From the NCBI GenBank assembly GCA_964574875.1, contig CAZNOX010000001.1, positions 11,352 through 75,351 of the forward strand: DNA of 64,000 nucleotides, written 5' to 3'. This DNA is from an uncultured bacterium. GTDB lineage: Bacteria; Macinerneyibacteriota; Macinerneyibacteria; Macinerneyibacteriales; DSCS01. The notes under the pieces are model-generated. The model did not search any database, was not told the DNA's origin, and was given only the letters and a program-made list of their open reading frames with translations. This document shows, piece after piece, positions 17,688 to 26,085 of this stretch. Within the stretch, counting starts at the first letter, position 1. Each line of letters begins with the position of its first letter. Both the position numbers and the translations under genes were made by a program.

Positions 17688-18958
17688 CGGGCGTTGCTGA
17701 TGGCTTCGTCCATAGCTTTGTTCATCTCAGCTGCATCGCGTCCGGGGTTGTTCACGATGTACGGTGTGATCTCGATGATGAGATCCGTCTTCTGGACGAC
17801 TTTTTTCTTATACGAAAAGAAGAGCTTCACCAGGGGGATCTCCGAAAGCGGCCAGAGCCCTTTCCGTTCAATGGTCTCTGTCTCGTTCTGAAGTCCGGCG
17901 ATGATGATAGGTTCTCCGTCTTTGACGGTGACCATGGTCTCGGCCGTTCGTGTCTTGACCCAGGGGATGTCGGCGTTTTCGCCCTTCCATCCGTAGATAT
18001 TGCTTACTTCAGGTTTCACGTGGACAGTGATGCTCCCCTCTTCAGCGATCCGGGGCTGGATGGAGAGTTTGATCCCGATCTCTTCGCGTTCCACCTGGTA
18101 GTTGGTGTTGTCCCCCTCTTCCGTCTTGACCACGTAGGGGATGATATCGCCGATATGGATGGTGGCTTCCTGGTTGTTCATGGCCACCAGTTTGGTGCTG
18201 GAGAGGATCTTTCCATAGCCACGGTTCATGATCATGTCGATGGTGGCCTGGAAGACTTTCATCTGGCGGGCAAAATCCCCCACCTCTTCCACACCGATGT
18301 AACCCATATCATCGGGAATGACGCCGGGTTCCGAAGTGAGCCCCGTCCCGTTCTCTGCAAAGATAAAAGTCTGGCTGGTGAGTTTGTCCCAGTTGATGCC
18401 AGCGGCCCTGGTCTTGTCCAGGGAGACTTCGATGAGCCGGGCCTGGATGAGGATCTGTTTGGGAGCCTGATCCAGCTGCTGGATGAGCGCCGCCACCTCC
18501 ATGTGCATCTCCGGGGTGGCCGAGACCACGATGGCATTGGCCGACTGGTTCACATTGATGACGACATTTTTCAGCCCGGAAAAAGAGGAGGCCACATCTT
18601 CGGCCTTGATATAGTTGAGCGGATAGACCCGTGTCTTGGAGGTGAACTGAGTCCCGATATGTTCCGGAGAGTCCACCAGAATGGTGTTGCCGATGCGCTC
18701 ATAGGCAAACCCCCCCGCCTTGGCGATCATCCCCAGGGCCACTTCCAGAGTCACGTTTTTCAGGGAGATGGAGATCCTCTGATCGATGATAGCCGATCCC
18801 AGGACAAGGTTGAGGTTGTTCTGCTGGACGATGCTGCGCAGAACCGTGGTCACCGGGGCATTGGTCGCTTCAAAGCTGATCTTAGGGTCCCCTTCCAGCC
18901 CGTTGAGCAATGAAAAGGCGCCTATGGTTATGATCAGGATTAAAATCAACTTTTTCAT
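17684..18958 (-). CDS. Secretin (type IV pilus / type II secretion PilQ/GspD family)
   Basis: 424 aa with a signal peptide, an N-domain and a C-terminal secretin domain (VVKTEEGD...GEPIIIAGL...EIPLVKLFF). Confidence 0.8.
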   Translation of the reverse strand: MKKLILILIITIGAFSLLNGLEGDPKISFEATNAPVTTVLRSIVQQNNLNLVLGSAIIDQRISISLKNVTLEVALGMIAKAGGFAYERIGNTILVDSPEHIGTQFTSKTRVYPLNYIKAEDVASSFSGLKNVVINVNQSANAIVVSATPEMHMEVAALIQQLDQAPKQILIQARLIEVSLDKTRAAGINWDKLTSQTFIFAENGTGLTSEPGVIPDDMGYIGVEEVGDFARQMKVFQATIDMIMNRGYGKILSSTKLVAMNNQEATIHIGDIIPYVVKTEEGDNTNYQVEREEIGIKLSIQPRIAEEGSITVHVKPEVSNIYGWKGENADIPWVKTRTAETMVTVKDGEPIIIAGLQNETETIERKGLWPLSEIPLVKLFFSYKKKVVQKTDLIIEITPYIVNNPGRDAAEMNKAMDEAISNAR

Positions 18959-18970
18959 AAATCTCCCCCC

Positions 18971-19375
18971 TTATTTGGAAACAAAATAGGAGCGTTCTCC
19001 CTGTTTGACAATCAGACCGTCTGAGCGGATCTCCTCGATACGGATCCGTGAACCCACCATGTCCCCTTCATGGACCAGCCGTTCAGCCCCGTTGTAAAAG
19101 AGCCCGGCCTCTTTTCGCGGAGAGACCATGATGTAAAAGACGGAGATATTCACAGGCTCCTCGCGTTTAGCTGCTTCGGTGTACTCCTGTCTTTTCGCCC
19201 GGATGATCTTGATCTGTTCCAGAAGGACTTTGACATTTTCGATAAAAACATCGTTATCGTTGATCTCGGAGACTTCGAACCGTGTGAAGAGGATATCCTT
19301 GGAGATCTGGGCTCCGGTCATGAAGACCATGAGAAAGACGATAAAAATAATAAAACCGGTGACCCTGCTTCTCAT
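18971..19375 (-). CDS. PilP-like pilus assembly protein (N-terminal TM anchor, C-terminal beta domain)
   Basis: 134 aa. The position between pilO and the secretin, and a GDxVG motif, support the call. Confidence 0.5.
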   Translation of the reverse strand: MRSRVTGFIIFIVFLMVFMTGAQISKDILFTRFEVSEINDNDVFIENVKVLLEQIKIIRAKRQEYTEAAKREEPVNISVFYIMVSPRKEAGLFYNGAERLVHEGDMVGSRIRIEEIRSDGLIVKQGERSYFVSK

Positions 19376-19833
19376 AAGTTAAAGTACCTCTTTAATTTCA
19401 ATTTCCAGGACTGGGCATATCCGTTCTGGCTCTCCATGTCCGCTTCTTCCACCACGATGATGTTGTCGTTGTTGTTGATGAGGTCCATGAGCCGGATGTA
19501 GGAGGACATGGTGCAGGAAAACTCGATATGGATATCCACCGAGTTGGCCACGGAGCGTTTCACATCCACGTTCCCCATGCTGATCCCCCGGCGCTGGAAA
19601 AGGGAGATGGTGTCCTTGATGGCTTCTGTATAGGAGTAGAGGGGAATGATCTTGTTCTGGTTGAGGATCTTCTGCAGCTCGTCGTTGCCGTTGACATACT
19701 CCCACTGGGCGATCTCCTGCTTGAGCTGTTTCAATTCGCCTTTTTTACTGTTGATATCGTCTCTGATCCTGGAGAGGATCATGATATTGGCCAGAAACAT
19801 GGCAATGATCAGAGCGATAAGCGTCCTATTCAA
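19372..19833 (-). CDS. PilO-like pilus assembly protein
   Basis: 153 aa with a single TM helix and a coiled coil. Standard pilMNOPQ order. Confidence 0.55.
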   Translation of the reverse strand: MNRTLIALIIAMFLANIMILSRIRDDINSKKGELKQLKQEIAQWEYVNGNDELQKILNQNKIIPLYSYTEAIKDTISLFQRRGISMGNVDVKRSVANSVDIHIEFSCTMSSYIRLMDLINNNDNIIVVEEADMESQNGYAQSWKLKLKRYFNL

Positions 19834-20389
19834 AGATCCTCACTTTCCCGTTGATGGTGACATTCAAAAGATTTCCTTTCTGGATATTCATCTCCTGAAT
19901 GGCCACATCGGTGATCTTCAGTTTATACTCCTTGTCAGTGATGATATTATCGATCATGGCTTCGATATCATTGACTTTATAGCGGGAGACCCCTGATGAT
20001 TTCAGCTCGAGGGAGAAGTGAAGCTCGAAGGGCAGCCGCTTGAACTGGATCCCTGTCACATACATATTCCGGATGAGATACTTGTTCACCACCCGCAAAA
20101 ACGAGCCCATGACCACCTCATGCTTCTCTTTGCTCAGCATGAAGAGGATATTGTCCTTCTCCTGGGTGGTGAGGCGGTGGTCCACCGCTTTGGCCTTCAG
20201 GGAATCAAGCTCATTATTGATCTTCGCCTTGATGGAGAGGCTGTTGATGATAAAATAGAGATAGACGGCTGTGAGGAAAAGGGCGCTGATAAGAAGGACA
20301 CGATGGATGATATCCATCTGCCGGATGATGACACGCTTCTGTTTGTTCTTTTCCCCCTGGGGGTAAAGGTTGATGGAAAAATAGTTCAT
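19826..20389 (-). CDS. PilN-like pilus assembly protein
   Basis: 187 aa with a short cytoplasmic N-terminus, a TM helix, a coiled coil and a periplasmic domain. Operon context. Confidence 0.55.
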   Translation of the reverse strand: MNYFSINLYPQGEKNKQKRVIIRQMDIIHRVLLISALFLTAVYLYFIINSLSIKAKINNELDSLKAKAVDHRLTTQEKDNILFMLSKEKHEVVMGSFLRVVNKYLIRNMYVTGIQFKRLPFELHFSLELKSSGVSRYKVNDIEAMIDNIITDKEYKLKITDVAIQEMNIQKGNLLNVTINGKVRIFE

Positions 20390-21357
20390 ACGACGAACAT
20401 CCCTCCCACCATGCAGGCATAGGCTCCGAACCCCTCATGGAGGCGGCGGGCCTCTTCTTCACTCATATTCTTTCTGACCATGGCATAGTAATCGTTCTTC
20501 ACCACGCGGATCCCCAGTTCATAATTCATATACCAGGCGATATCAGGAATGGCCGAGACCCCTCCCGAAATATTGATCTGATGAAAAAGAGCGCCTTTGT
20601 ACCGGTTCTCAAAAAAGATCAGGGCGCGCTTGATCTCATAGATGATCTGGTCCAGGATGGGGGCGATGATCTTGAAGGTCCCGGGGCCCCGGGGGACGTC
20701 CTTCTCCCCTTTGAGGATCAGCTCCGCCTCGTCCCACTCCACGCCGCAGATATCCTTGATATTGCGGATCATGTCATTCCCTCCCACGGGAATATCCATC
20801 TGGAAATAGTCCTTCTCTTTGTCGTAGATGATGATGTTGCTGTTTTTCCTTCCCAGGTCCACAAAGATCACAGGGCTGTACCCGGCATAGTTGAAATGGC
20901 CGTTGAGAAGAGAGATCTGCTCGGGAAAGATCACCGTGGGCTCCAGCTTGTTGATGGTCAGCTGGGGGATCCACCGTTCAAAATACTTTTTCTTGACCCC
21001 GGAGACGATGATATGCTCCTTGTCGGGTCCCATATCATCCACCACGTCAAAATCCCAGATAAAATTATCGTCTTTGAGCTGAAGGATATCCTCATACTCG
21101 TTGATGATGATCTGTTTGAGATATTTTCTCTCCACTTTGTTGACTGTGAGTGTCTTGACAAAGGTCTCATTGAACGGCGCGATAAAGACCACGTCATCAA
21201 AACTCTGGGTGATCGTCTGATCGAGAAGCTTGGCCACCCCGTCGGAGACCGCCCCGTTGTACTCAAAGGAGAGGACCTGTCTCATATACTGGAATGCCTT
21301 CTCAAAGATCAGAGCCTTGATGTTGTTTCCCGTAGGGAATAAAATCAAACTATGCAA
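20386..21357 (-). CDS. pilM: Type IV pilus assembly protein PilM (actin-like ATPase fold)
   Basis: 323 aa. An apparent TTG start has AAGGAG 7 nt upstream. The N-terminus carries GNNIKALIF. Confidence 0.7.
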   Translation of the reverse strand: MHSLILFPTGNNIKALIFEKAFQYMRQVLSFEYNGAVSDGVAKLLDQTITQSFDDVVFIAPFNETFVKTLTVNKVERKYLKQIIINEYEDILQLKDDNFIWDFDVVDDMGPDKEHIIVSGVKKKYFERWIPQLTINKLEPTVIFPEQISLLNGHFNYAGYSPVIFVDLGRKNSNIIIYDKEKDYFQMDIPVGGNDMIRNIKDICGVEWDEAELILKGEKDVPRGPGTFKIIAPILDQIIYEIKRALIFFENRYKGALFHQINISGGVSAIPDIAWYMNYELGIRVVKNDYYAMVRKNMSEEEARRLHEGFGAYACMVGGMFVV

Positions 21358-21377
21358 AACGGCACTCCTTTTTTTTT

Positions 21378-21405
21378 ATTATATCCGTATTGTGTAAAAT
21401 TGCAA
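21378..21405 (-). promoter_or_regulatory. Strong sigma-70-like promoter for the pilM operon (TTGCAA-N16-TATAAT)
   Basis: Read on the minus strand, followed by an A-tract and the AAGGAG SD of pilM. Confidence 0.5.
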
Positions 21406-21472
21406 GGTTTATGCTCATATCATGCTGAAAAGCACCCGGGTGGATCCTCCGCTCCCCTGAACGGGGAAAAGC

Positions 21473-22444
21473 TCAGATTTCGATGATCCCCACAGCCTTC
21501 CGGATATCGGACACGGTCTTCTGAGCCGCCCGGCGGGCCTTCTCCCCTCCCCTGCGCAGGATCTCACGGATCTTCTCTTCATCCTGCTTCAATTCCTCCC
21601 GCTTCTCTCTGAAAGGGGCGAAATAGGCCTCCATTTTTTCGAAGAGAGCGAGTTTGGCATGACCGTAGCCGAATACGGGAGAGGCATACTTCTCCTTCAT
21701 CTCCGCGCACTCGTCGGGAGTCGCGAAAAAGCGGTAGAGAGCGAAGACATGGCAGGCTCCGGGATCCAGGGGCTCCTCCATGGGTGTGGAGTCGGTGACG
21801 ATGTTCATCACCTGTTTTTTCATTTTTTTCGGGGAGTTGAAGATCTCGATGGTGTTGCCGTAGCTCTTGCTCATCTTCCGGCCGTCGGTCCCGGGGATCA
21901 CCGCCATATCCCCCTCGATATAGGGTTCGGGGATGGTGAGGACCTCCCCGTAACGGTTGTTGAAGCGCATGGCGATATCACGGGTGATCTCGATATGCTG
22001 TTTCTGGTCTTTGCCCACGGGGACGACATCGGCATGATAGGCAAGAATATCTGCGGCCATGAGGACCGGGTAGGTAAACATGCCGTGGTTGATGTTCTTC
22101 TCCTTGGAGAGGGCGTCTTTATAGGCATGGGCACGCTCCAGAAGCCCCATGGGCGTGTAGTTGGAAAGCAGAAAGGTCAACTCTGTCACTTCGGGGACAG
22201 AAGACTGGAGAAAGAGGGTGGTCTTCTCCGGATCGAGTCCCAGAGCCAGGTAATCCAGAAGGATATCCATGGTGCTCTCTCTCAGATGACCCGGGTCAGG
22301 GTAGGTGTTGAGGACATGGTAGTTGGCCACGAAGATAAAAGACTCCTCTGCACTGTTCTGAAACTCGATAAAGCGTTTGACGGCACCGAGATAATTTCCC
22401 ACATGCATCTTCCCGCTGGGTTTGACTCCTGAAACGACGCGCAT
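21473..22444 (-). CDS. trpS: Tryptophan--tRNA ligase
   Basis: Class I HIGH-like motif (PSGKMHVGNY) and KMSKS. Confidence 0.9.
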   Translation of the reverse strand: MRVVSGVKPSGKMHVGNYLGAVKRFIEFQNSAEESFIFVANYHVLNTYPDPGHLRESTMDILLDYLALGLDPEKTTLFLQSSVPEVTELTFLLSNYTPMGLLERAHAYKDALSKEKNINHGMFTYPVLMAADILAYHADVVPVGKDQKQHIEITRDIAMRFNNRYGEVLTIPEPYIEGDMAVIPGTDGRKMSKSYGNTIEIFNSPKKMKKQVMNIVTDSTPMEEPLDPGACHVFALYRFFATPDECAEMKEKYASPVFGYGHAKLALFEKMEAYFAPFREKREELKQDEEKIREILRRGGEKARRAAQKTVSDIRKAVGIIEI

Positions 22445-22452
22445 GGCTCCCC

Positions 22453-22899
22453 CTATTCTGCAAGTTTTTCCTGGACCACCGAACTGACAAGCTTTCCGTC
22501 TGCTTTGCCTTTCACCAGAGGCATGAGAGCCTGCATCACTTTCCCCATCTCTTTGCGTGAGGAGGCTCCGGTCTGCGCCATGACCTCGTCCACAAGGTGA
22601 GCGATCTCACTCCGGGAGAGCTGCCGGGGAAGATAGCTCTTAAGGATCGCCGTCTCCTCCTCTTCTCTCCGGGCCAGGTCGTCGCGGCCCCCGTTTGTGT
22701 ACATCTCGATGGAATCCTGGTGTTTCTTCACACTCTTGGAGATCACGGCTTCGATATCCCCGTCTGCGAGGGGGGCCCTCTTTTCGATCTGTGCATAACG
22801 GATATCCGAGATGAGCATACGAAGCGTCGATGTCCTGACTTCATCCTTCTCTTTCATGGCCCGGGTGAGATCAGCCTTCAGCCGTTCTTCCAGTGTCAT
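22453..22899 (-). CDS. GatB/YqeY domain protein
   Basis: 148 aa helical protein, recognised by overall family resemblance. Confidence 0.7.
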   Translation of the reverse strand: MTLEERLKADLTRAMKEKDEVRTSTLRMLISDIRYAQIEKRAPLADGDIEAVISKSVKKHQDSIEMYTNGGRDDLARREEEETAILKSYLPRQLSRSEIAHLVDEVMAQTGASSRKEMGKVMQALMPLVKGKADGKLVSSVVQEKLAE

Positions 22900-23162
22900 T
22901 TCATGTCTCCTTCCCCTTTGCCGCCGGTCATCACGTCAAAGGTCTCTTTGAACTTATTGAGAAAGCCGTAGATATCCTCTTCAAAGATCATAATACGGGT
23001 CCGTTCAAAACTTCCGTCATCTTTATTCCGGATCTCGTTGAGAACCATATATTTCTCACCCTTTTTTGTCATCTTCACGTTGAAGAAATAGGTCCGTCTT
23101 CCTGCGCGCAGGCGCGTGGAGTAAAACTCATTACTGCCGTCCATGTTTTGCTTCGTCTCCAT
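22896..23162 (-). CDS. DUF3276 / PUR-domain nucleic-acid-binding protein
   Basis: 88 aa with the PUR-repeat signature STRLRAGRRTYFFNV..G..Y.VL.E. Confidence 0.6.
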   Translation of the reverse strand: METKQNMDGSNEFYSTRLRAGRRTYFFNVKMTKKGEKYMVLNEIRNKDDGSFERTRIMIFEEDIYGFLNKFKETFDVMTGGKGEGDMK

Positions 23163-23177
23163 AATCCTCTCCCTTCC

Positions 23178-24380
23178 CTATATCTCTTTGACTTCCATGG
23201 CCTGTAACCCGTCATCCACAGTGACAGGCACCACGGTGTTCAACTCATAGTGACCTGATAGTGTAACACGTAAATATTCAGGTGTATAGCCTGTAAACGA
23301 TCCAGGAGCGGTTTCCCGCTCGATAAGCACCGAGGTGGGATGTCCCGCCATCATCTCCAGGAACCGCCTCTGCCCCTCACGGGCAGCATCCTCCATGCGG
23401 TTCATGCGCCGGGACACAGCCTCTCTCCCGGGGCGTCCTTCCATGGTAAAGGCTTTCGTTCCCGGACGGGGAGAAAAGGGAAAGAGGTGGACACGGTGAA
23501 AGGCATAGCGTACGATCACCTCTTCGCTCTTGCGGAACTCCTCCTCTGTCTCCTGGGGAAACCCCACGATGATATCCGTGGTCAATCCCCCCCGGGGAAG
23601 AAACCGCCGGATCCTCTCCAGCCTCCTGATCATCTCCTCCTCCGTATAGGGGCGGTTCATGGCTTTGAGGACATGGCCGCTTCCGCTCTGGAGCGGGATG
23701 TGGAGATGGGGCATCACCTTGGGATGATCCCGCATGAGAAGGAGAAGCTCATCACCCACTTCATTGATCTCGATGGACGAAAGGCGGATCCGGCTCACCT
23801 TATCCATAGCGGCGATGGCCCGGATGATATCCAGAAGCTCGGGATGGCGCCCCAGATGGATCCCCGTGAGGACGATCTCACGATAGCCGTTGTCAGCCAG
23901 AGCCCGGGCCTCCTCCAGGATCCCGGGAACGGGAAGGTAGATTTCCCGCCCCCTGGTGAGAGGGATGATGCAATAGGAACAAAACTGGTTGCAGCCGTCT
24001 TCGATCTTGATAAACGCCCGCGTCCTGTCGCTGAAAAAAGAGAACGGTTCCTCACCACTGGCCCGGAGCATCTCCAGAACACGGCTGATCTTGTCACGGT
24101 TGCCGATATCGGCATCGGAGCCTTCCACGGGCCCCATCTCCGGAAGACAGCCGGCGGCGATCACCGTCGCCCCGGGATTCTCTCTTTTCATCTTTCGGAT
24201 CAGCCTCCGGTTCTTCTGCTCGCTTTTCTGCGTGACCACACAGGAGTTGACAATGATCACGTCTGCCTTATGCCAGTCGTCCACAGCGGTGTACCCGCTG
24301 CGGTCCAGAAAGAAACGGATCTTTTCCGATTCATATTGATTGACTTTACAACCGAAAGTCACAAGAGCAAATGTCGTCAT
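23178..24380 (-). CDS. mtaB: Radical-SAM tRNA methylthiotransferase (MiaB/MtaB family)
   Basis: MTTase N-domain with FGCKVNQ, radical SAM CNQFCSYC and a C-terminal TRAM-like region. The start is at MTTFALV, overlapping the rsmE stop (ATGA). Confidence 0.8.
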   Translation of the reverse strand: MTTFALVTFGCKVNQYESEKIRFFLDRSGYTAVDDWHKADVIIVNSCVVTQKSEQKNRRLIRKMKRENPGATVIAAGCLPEMGPVEGSDADIGNRDKISRVLEMLRASGEEPFSFFSDRTRAFIKIEDGCNQFCSYCIIPLTRGREIYLPVPGILEEARALADNGYREIVLTGIHLGRHPELLDIIRAIAAMDKVSRIRLSSIEINEVGDELLLLMRDHPKVMPHLHIPLQSGSGHVLKAMNRPYTEEEMIRRLERIRRFLPRGGLTTDIIVGFPQETEEEFRKSEEVIVRYAFHRVHLFPFSPRPGTKAFTMEGRPGREAVSRRMNRMEDAAREGQRRFLEMMAGHPTSVLIERETAPGSFTGYTPEYLRVTLSGHYELNTVVPVTVDDGLQAMEVKEI

Positions 24381-25111
24381 CCTCCCCCGCACAGATATTG
24401 AATGAGAAAAGCGGCTTTCAAGGCCGCTGTCTCGGTTTTCAGAATATAGTCTCCCAGGGCGCACTCACGGGCTCCCTGCAGGCGCAGCGCCCGGACCTCC
24501 TCGTCGTCCCATCCCCCTTCGGGGCCCACGGCCACGGCCACAGTGTGATTCCCGGTCCAGGAATAGGCGCTGAAATCCCGTCCTCCGGGATTCATCAGGG
24601 CTATGGTATCGAATTTTGTAAAAAAATCAATCTCTTTATCCAGATGCAGCGGAGGCGCCATGCGGGGAAGCCAGGCTCGTTTTGACTGTTTCACCGCTTC
24701 TCGCATGATCTTGCTGAAACGGTCGGCTTTCCGTGTAAACTCCCGCGCATATTCGCGGTTTCTTTTGGTGATCAGGGGGACAAACGAGATGACCCCGTTT
24801 TCCGTAGCCTTTTCCACAAGCCACTCCCATTTGTCTCTCTTCGTGAAAGCAAAAGCCAGGGTGATCTGTACGGGATAGAGAGGAACCGTCTCTTTCTCTT
24901 CGATGATCCCCGAGCAAGACTCTTGTCCCATGCGCTCCAGCCGGCAGAGGGCCAGATGCCCTTCTCCGTCGGTGAGGGCCACCCTGTCGCCGGGACGGGG
25001 CCTGAGGACACGGATATGCCGGTACTCTTCACCGGCGATCTCCACCTCTTCTGCAGCCGCTCCCAGCTCATCCAGAAAAAAAAGACGATGGTTCCACGCT
25101 AGGGATGCCAT
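24377..25111 (-). CDS. rsmE: 16S rRNA (uracil1498-N3)-methyltransferase
   Basis: 244 aa RsmE (SPOUT) fold with a C-terminal GPEGGW motif. Confidence 0.8.
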   Translation of the reverse strand: MASLAWNHRLFFLDELGAAAEEVEIAGEEYRHIRVLRPRPGDRVALTDGEGHLALCRLERMGQESCSGIIEEKETVPLYPVQITLAFAFTKRDKWEWLVEKATENGVISFVPLITKRNREYAREFTRKADRFSKIMREAVKQSKRAWLPRMAPPLHLDKEIDFFTKFDTIALMNPGGRDFSAYSWTGNHTVAVAVGPEGGWDDEEVRALRLQGARECALGDYILKTETAALKAAFLIQYLCGGG

Positions 25112-26085
25112 ACCCCCTCCTCGGTGACAATGGCCGTGATATTCTCATAAGGAGTCACATCGAATGCCGGGTTATAGGCCTCTTCGGCAGAGGGATCGAT
25201 CCCGGCAATACGGGTGATCTCCTCTCCGCTTCTCTCCTCGATGGGGATCTCCCCTCCCGCACGACACCGGGGATCCAGCGTGGAACGCGGAGCCGCCACG
25301 ATGAGCGGGACACCATGGGCCCTGCAGGCCAGTGAGAGGGCATAGGTCCCGATCTTGTTGGCTGTGTCTCCGTTGGCAGCGATCCGGTCGGCTCCTGTAA
25401 AGACGGCATCCACTTCACCCCGGGAGATGAGAAAAGCCGCAGCCGAATCGGCGATGATCCTGTGGGGCACCTTCCCCCGGCTCAGTTCCCAGGCGGTGAG
25501 TCTCAGCCCCTGAAGCCAGGGGCGTGTCTCATCCACCCAGACAAAGATCTCTTTCCCCTCTTCACGGGCCACATAAAAACCCGCGAGGGCCGTTCCATAG
25601 GCCGCTGTGGCCAGGGCACCGGCATTGCAATGGGTGAGGTACTTCCCGCCGTCTCTGATAAAGGGCTGAAGGTTCTCTCCGATCCTCCTGCAGAGACGGG
25701 CATCCTCTTCACGGATGGCTTCCGCTTCTCTCAGCAGCGCTTCGAACACGGCCTGCCGCCCTGCAGGACGGGCCTTTTCATAGACATACTCAGCCCGGTC
25801 CAGGGCCCAGCGGAGGTTCACAGCCGTGGGTCGGGAGCGTGACAGAAGGCCGATCCCCTCAGAGAACGCCTTTTCCCAATTATCCGTTTCGTCCCGGATG
25901 GAAAGAGCCGCTCCGAAAGCCGCCACGATCCCGATGAGCGGCGCGCCCCGGACGGTCATGGCGGTGATGGCCTCAGCGGCCTCCTTTACGGTTCTGAGGG
26001 CCACCCGTTTTTCTTCACGGGGAAGCCTGCGCTGGTCGAGGACACTCAGCACCCCGTTCTCATACGTGACTGTCCGGAGATCCAT
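25099..26085 (-). CDS. mtnA: S-methyl-5-thioribose-1-phosphate isomerase (eIF-2B-like family)
   Basis: N-terminus TVTYENGVLSVLDQRRLP. Conserved Cys/Asp region. Confidence 0.8.
   Translation of the reverse strand: MDLRTVTYENGVLSVLDQRRLPREEKRVALRTVKEAAEAITAMTVRGAPLIGIVAAFGAALSIRDETDNWEKAFSEGIGLLSRSRPTAVNLRWALDRAEYVYEKARPAGRQAVFEALLREAEAIREEDARLCRRIGENLQPFIRDGGKYLTHCNAGALATAAYGTALAGFYVAREEGKEIFVWVDETRPWLQGLRLTAWELSRGKVPHRIIADSAAAFLISRGEVDAVFTGADRIAANGDTANKIGTYALSLACRAHGVPLIVAAPRSTLDPRCRAGGEIPIEERSGEEITRIAGIDPSAEEAYNPAFDVTPYENITAIVTEEGVWHP

Noticed and set aside
20437-21342. 301-aa plus-strand ORF antisense to pilM
   Set aside because: Antisense-phase artefact. pilM on the minus strand has a promoter, an SD and operon context.
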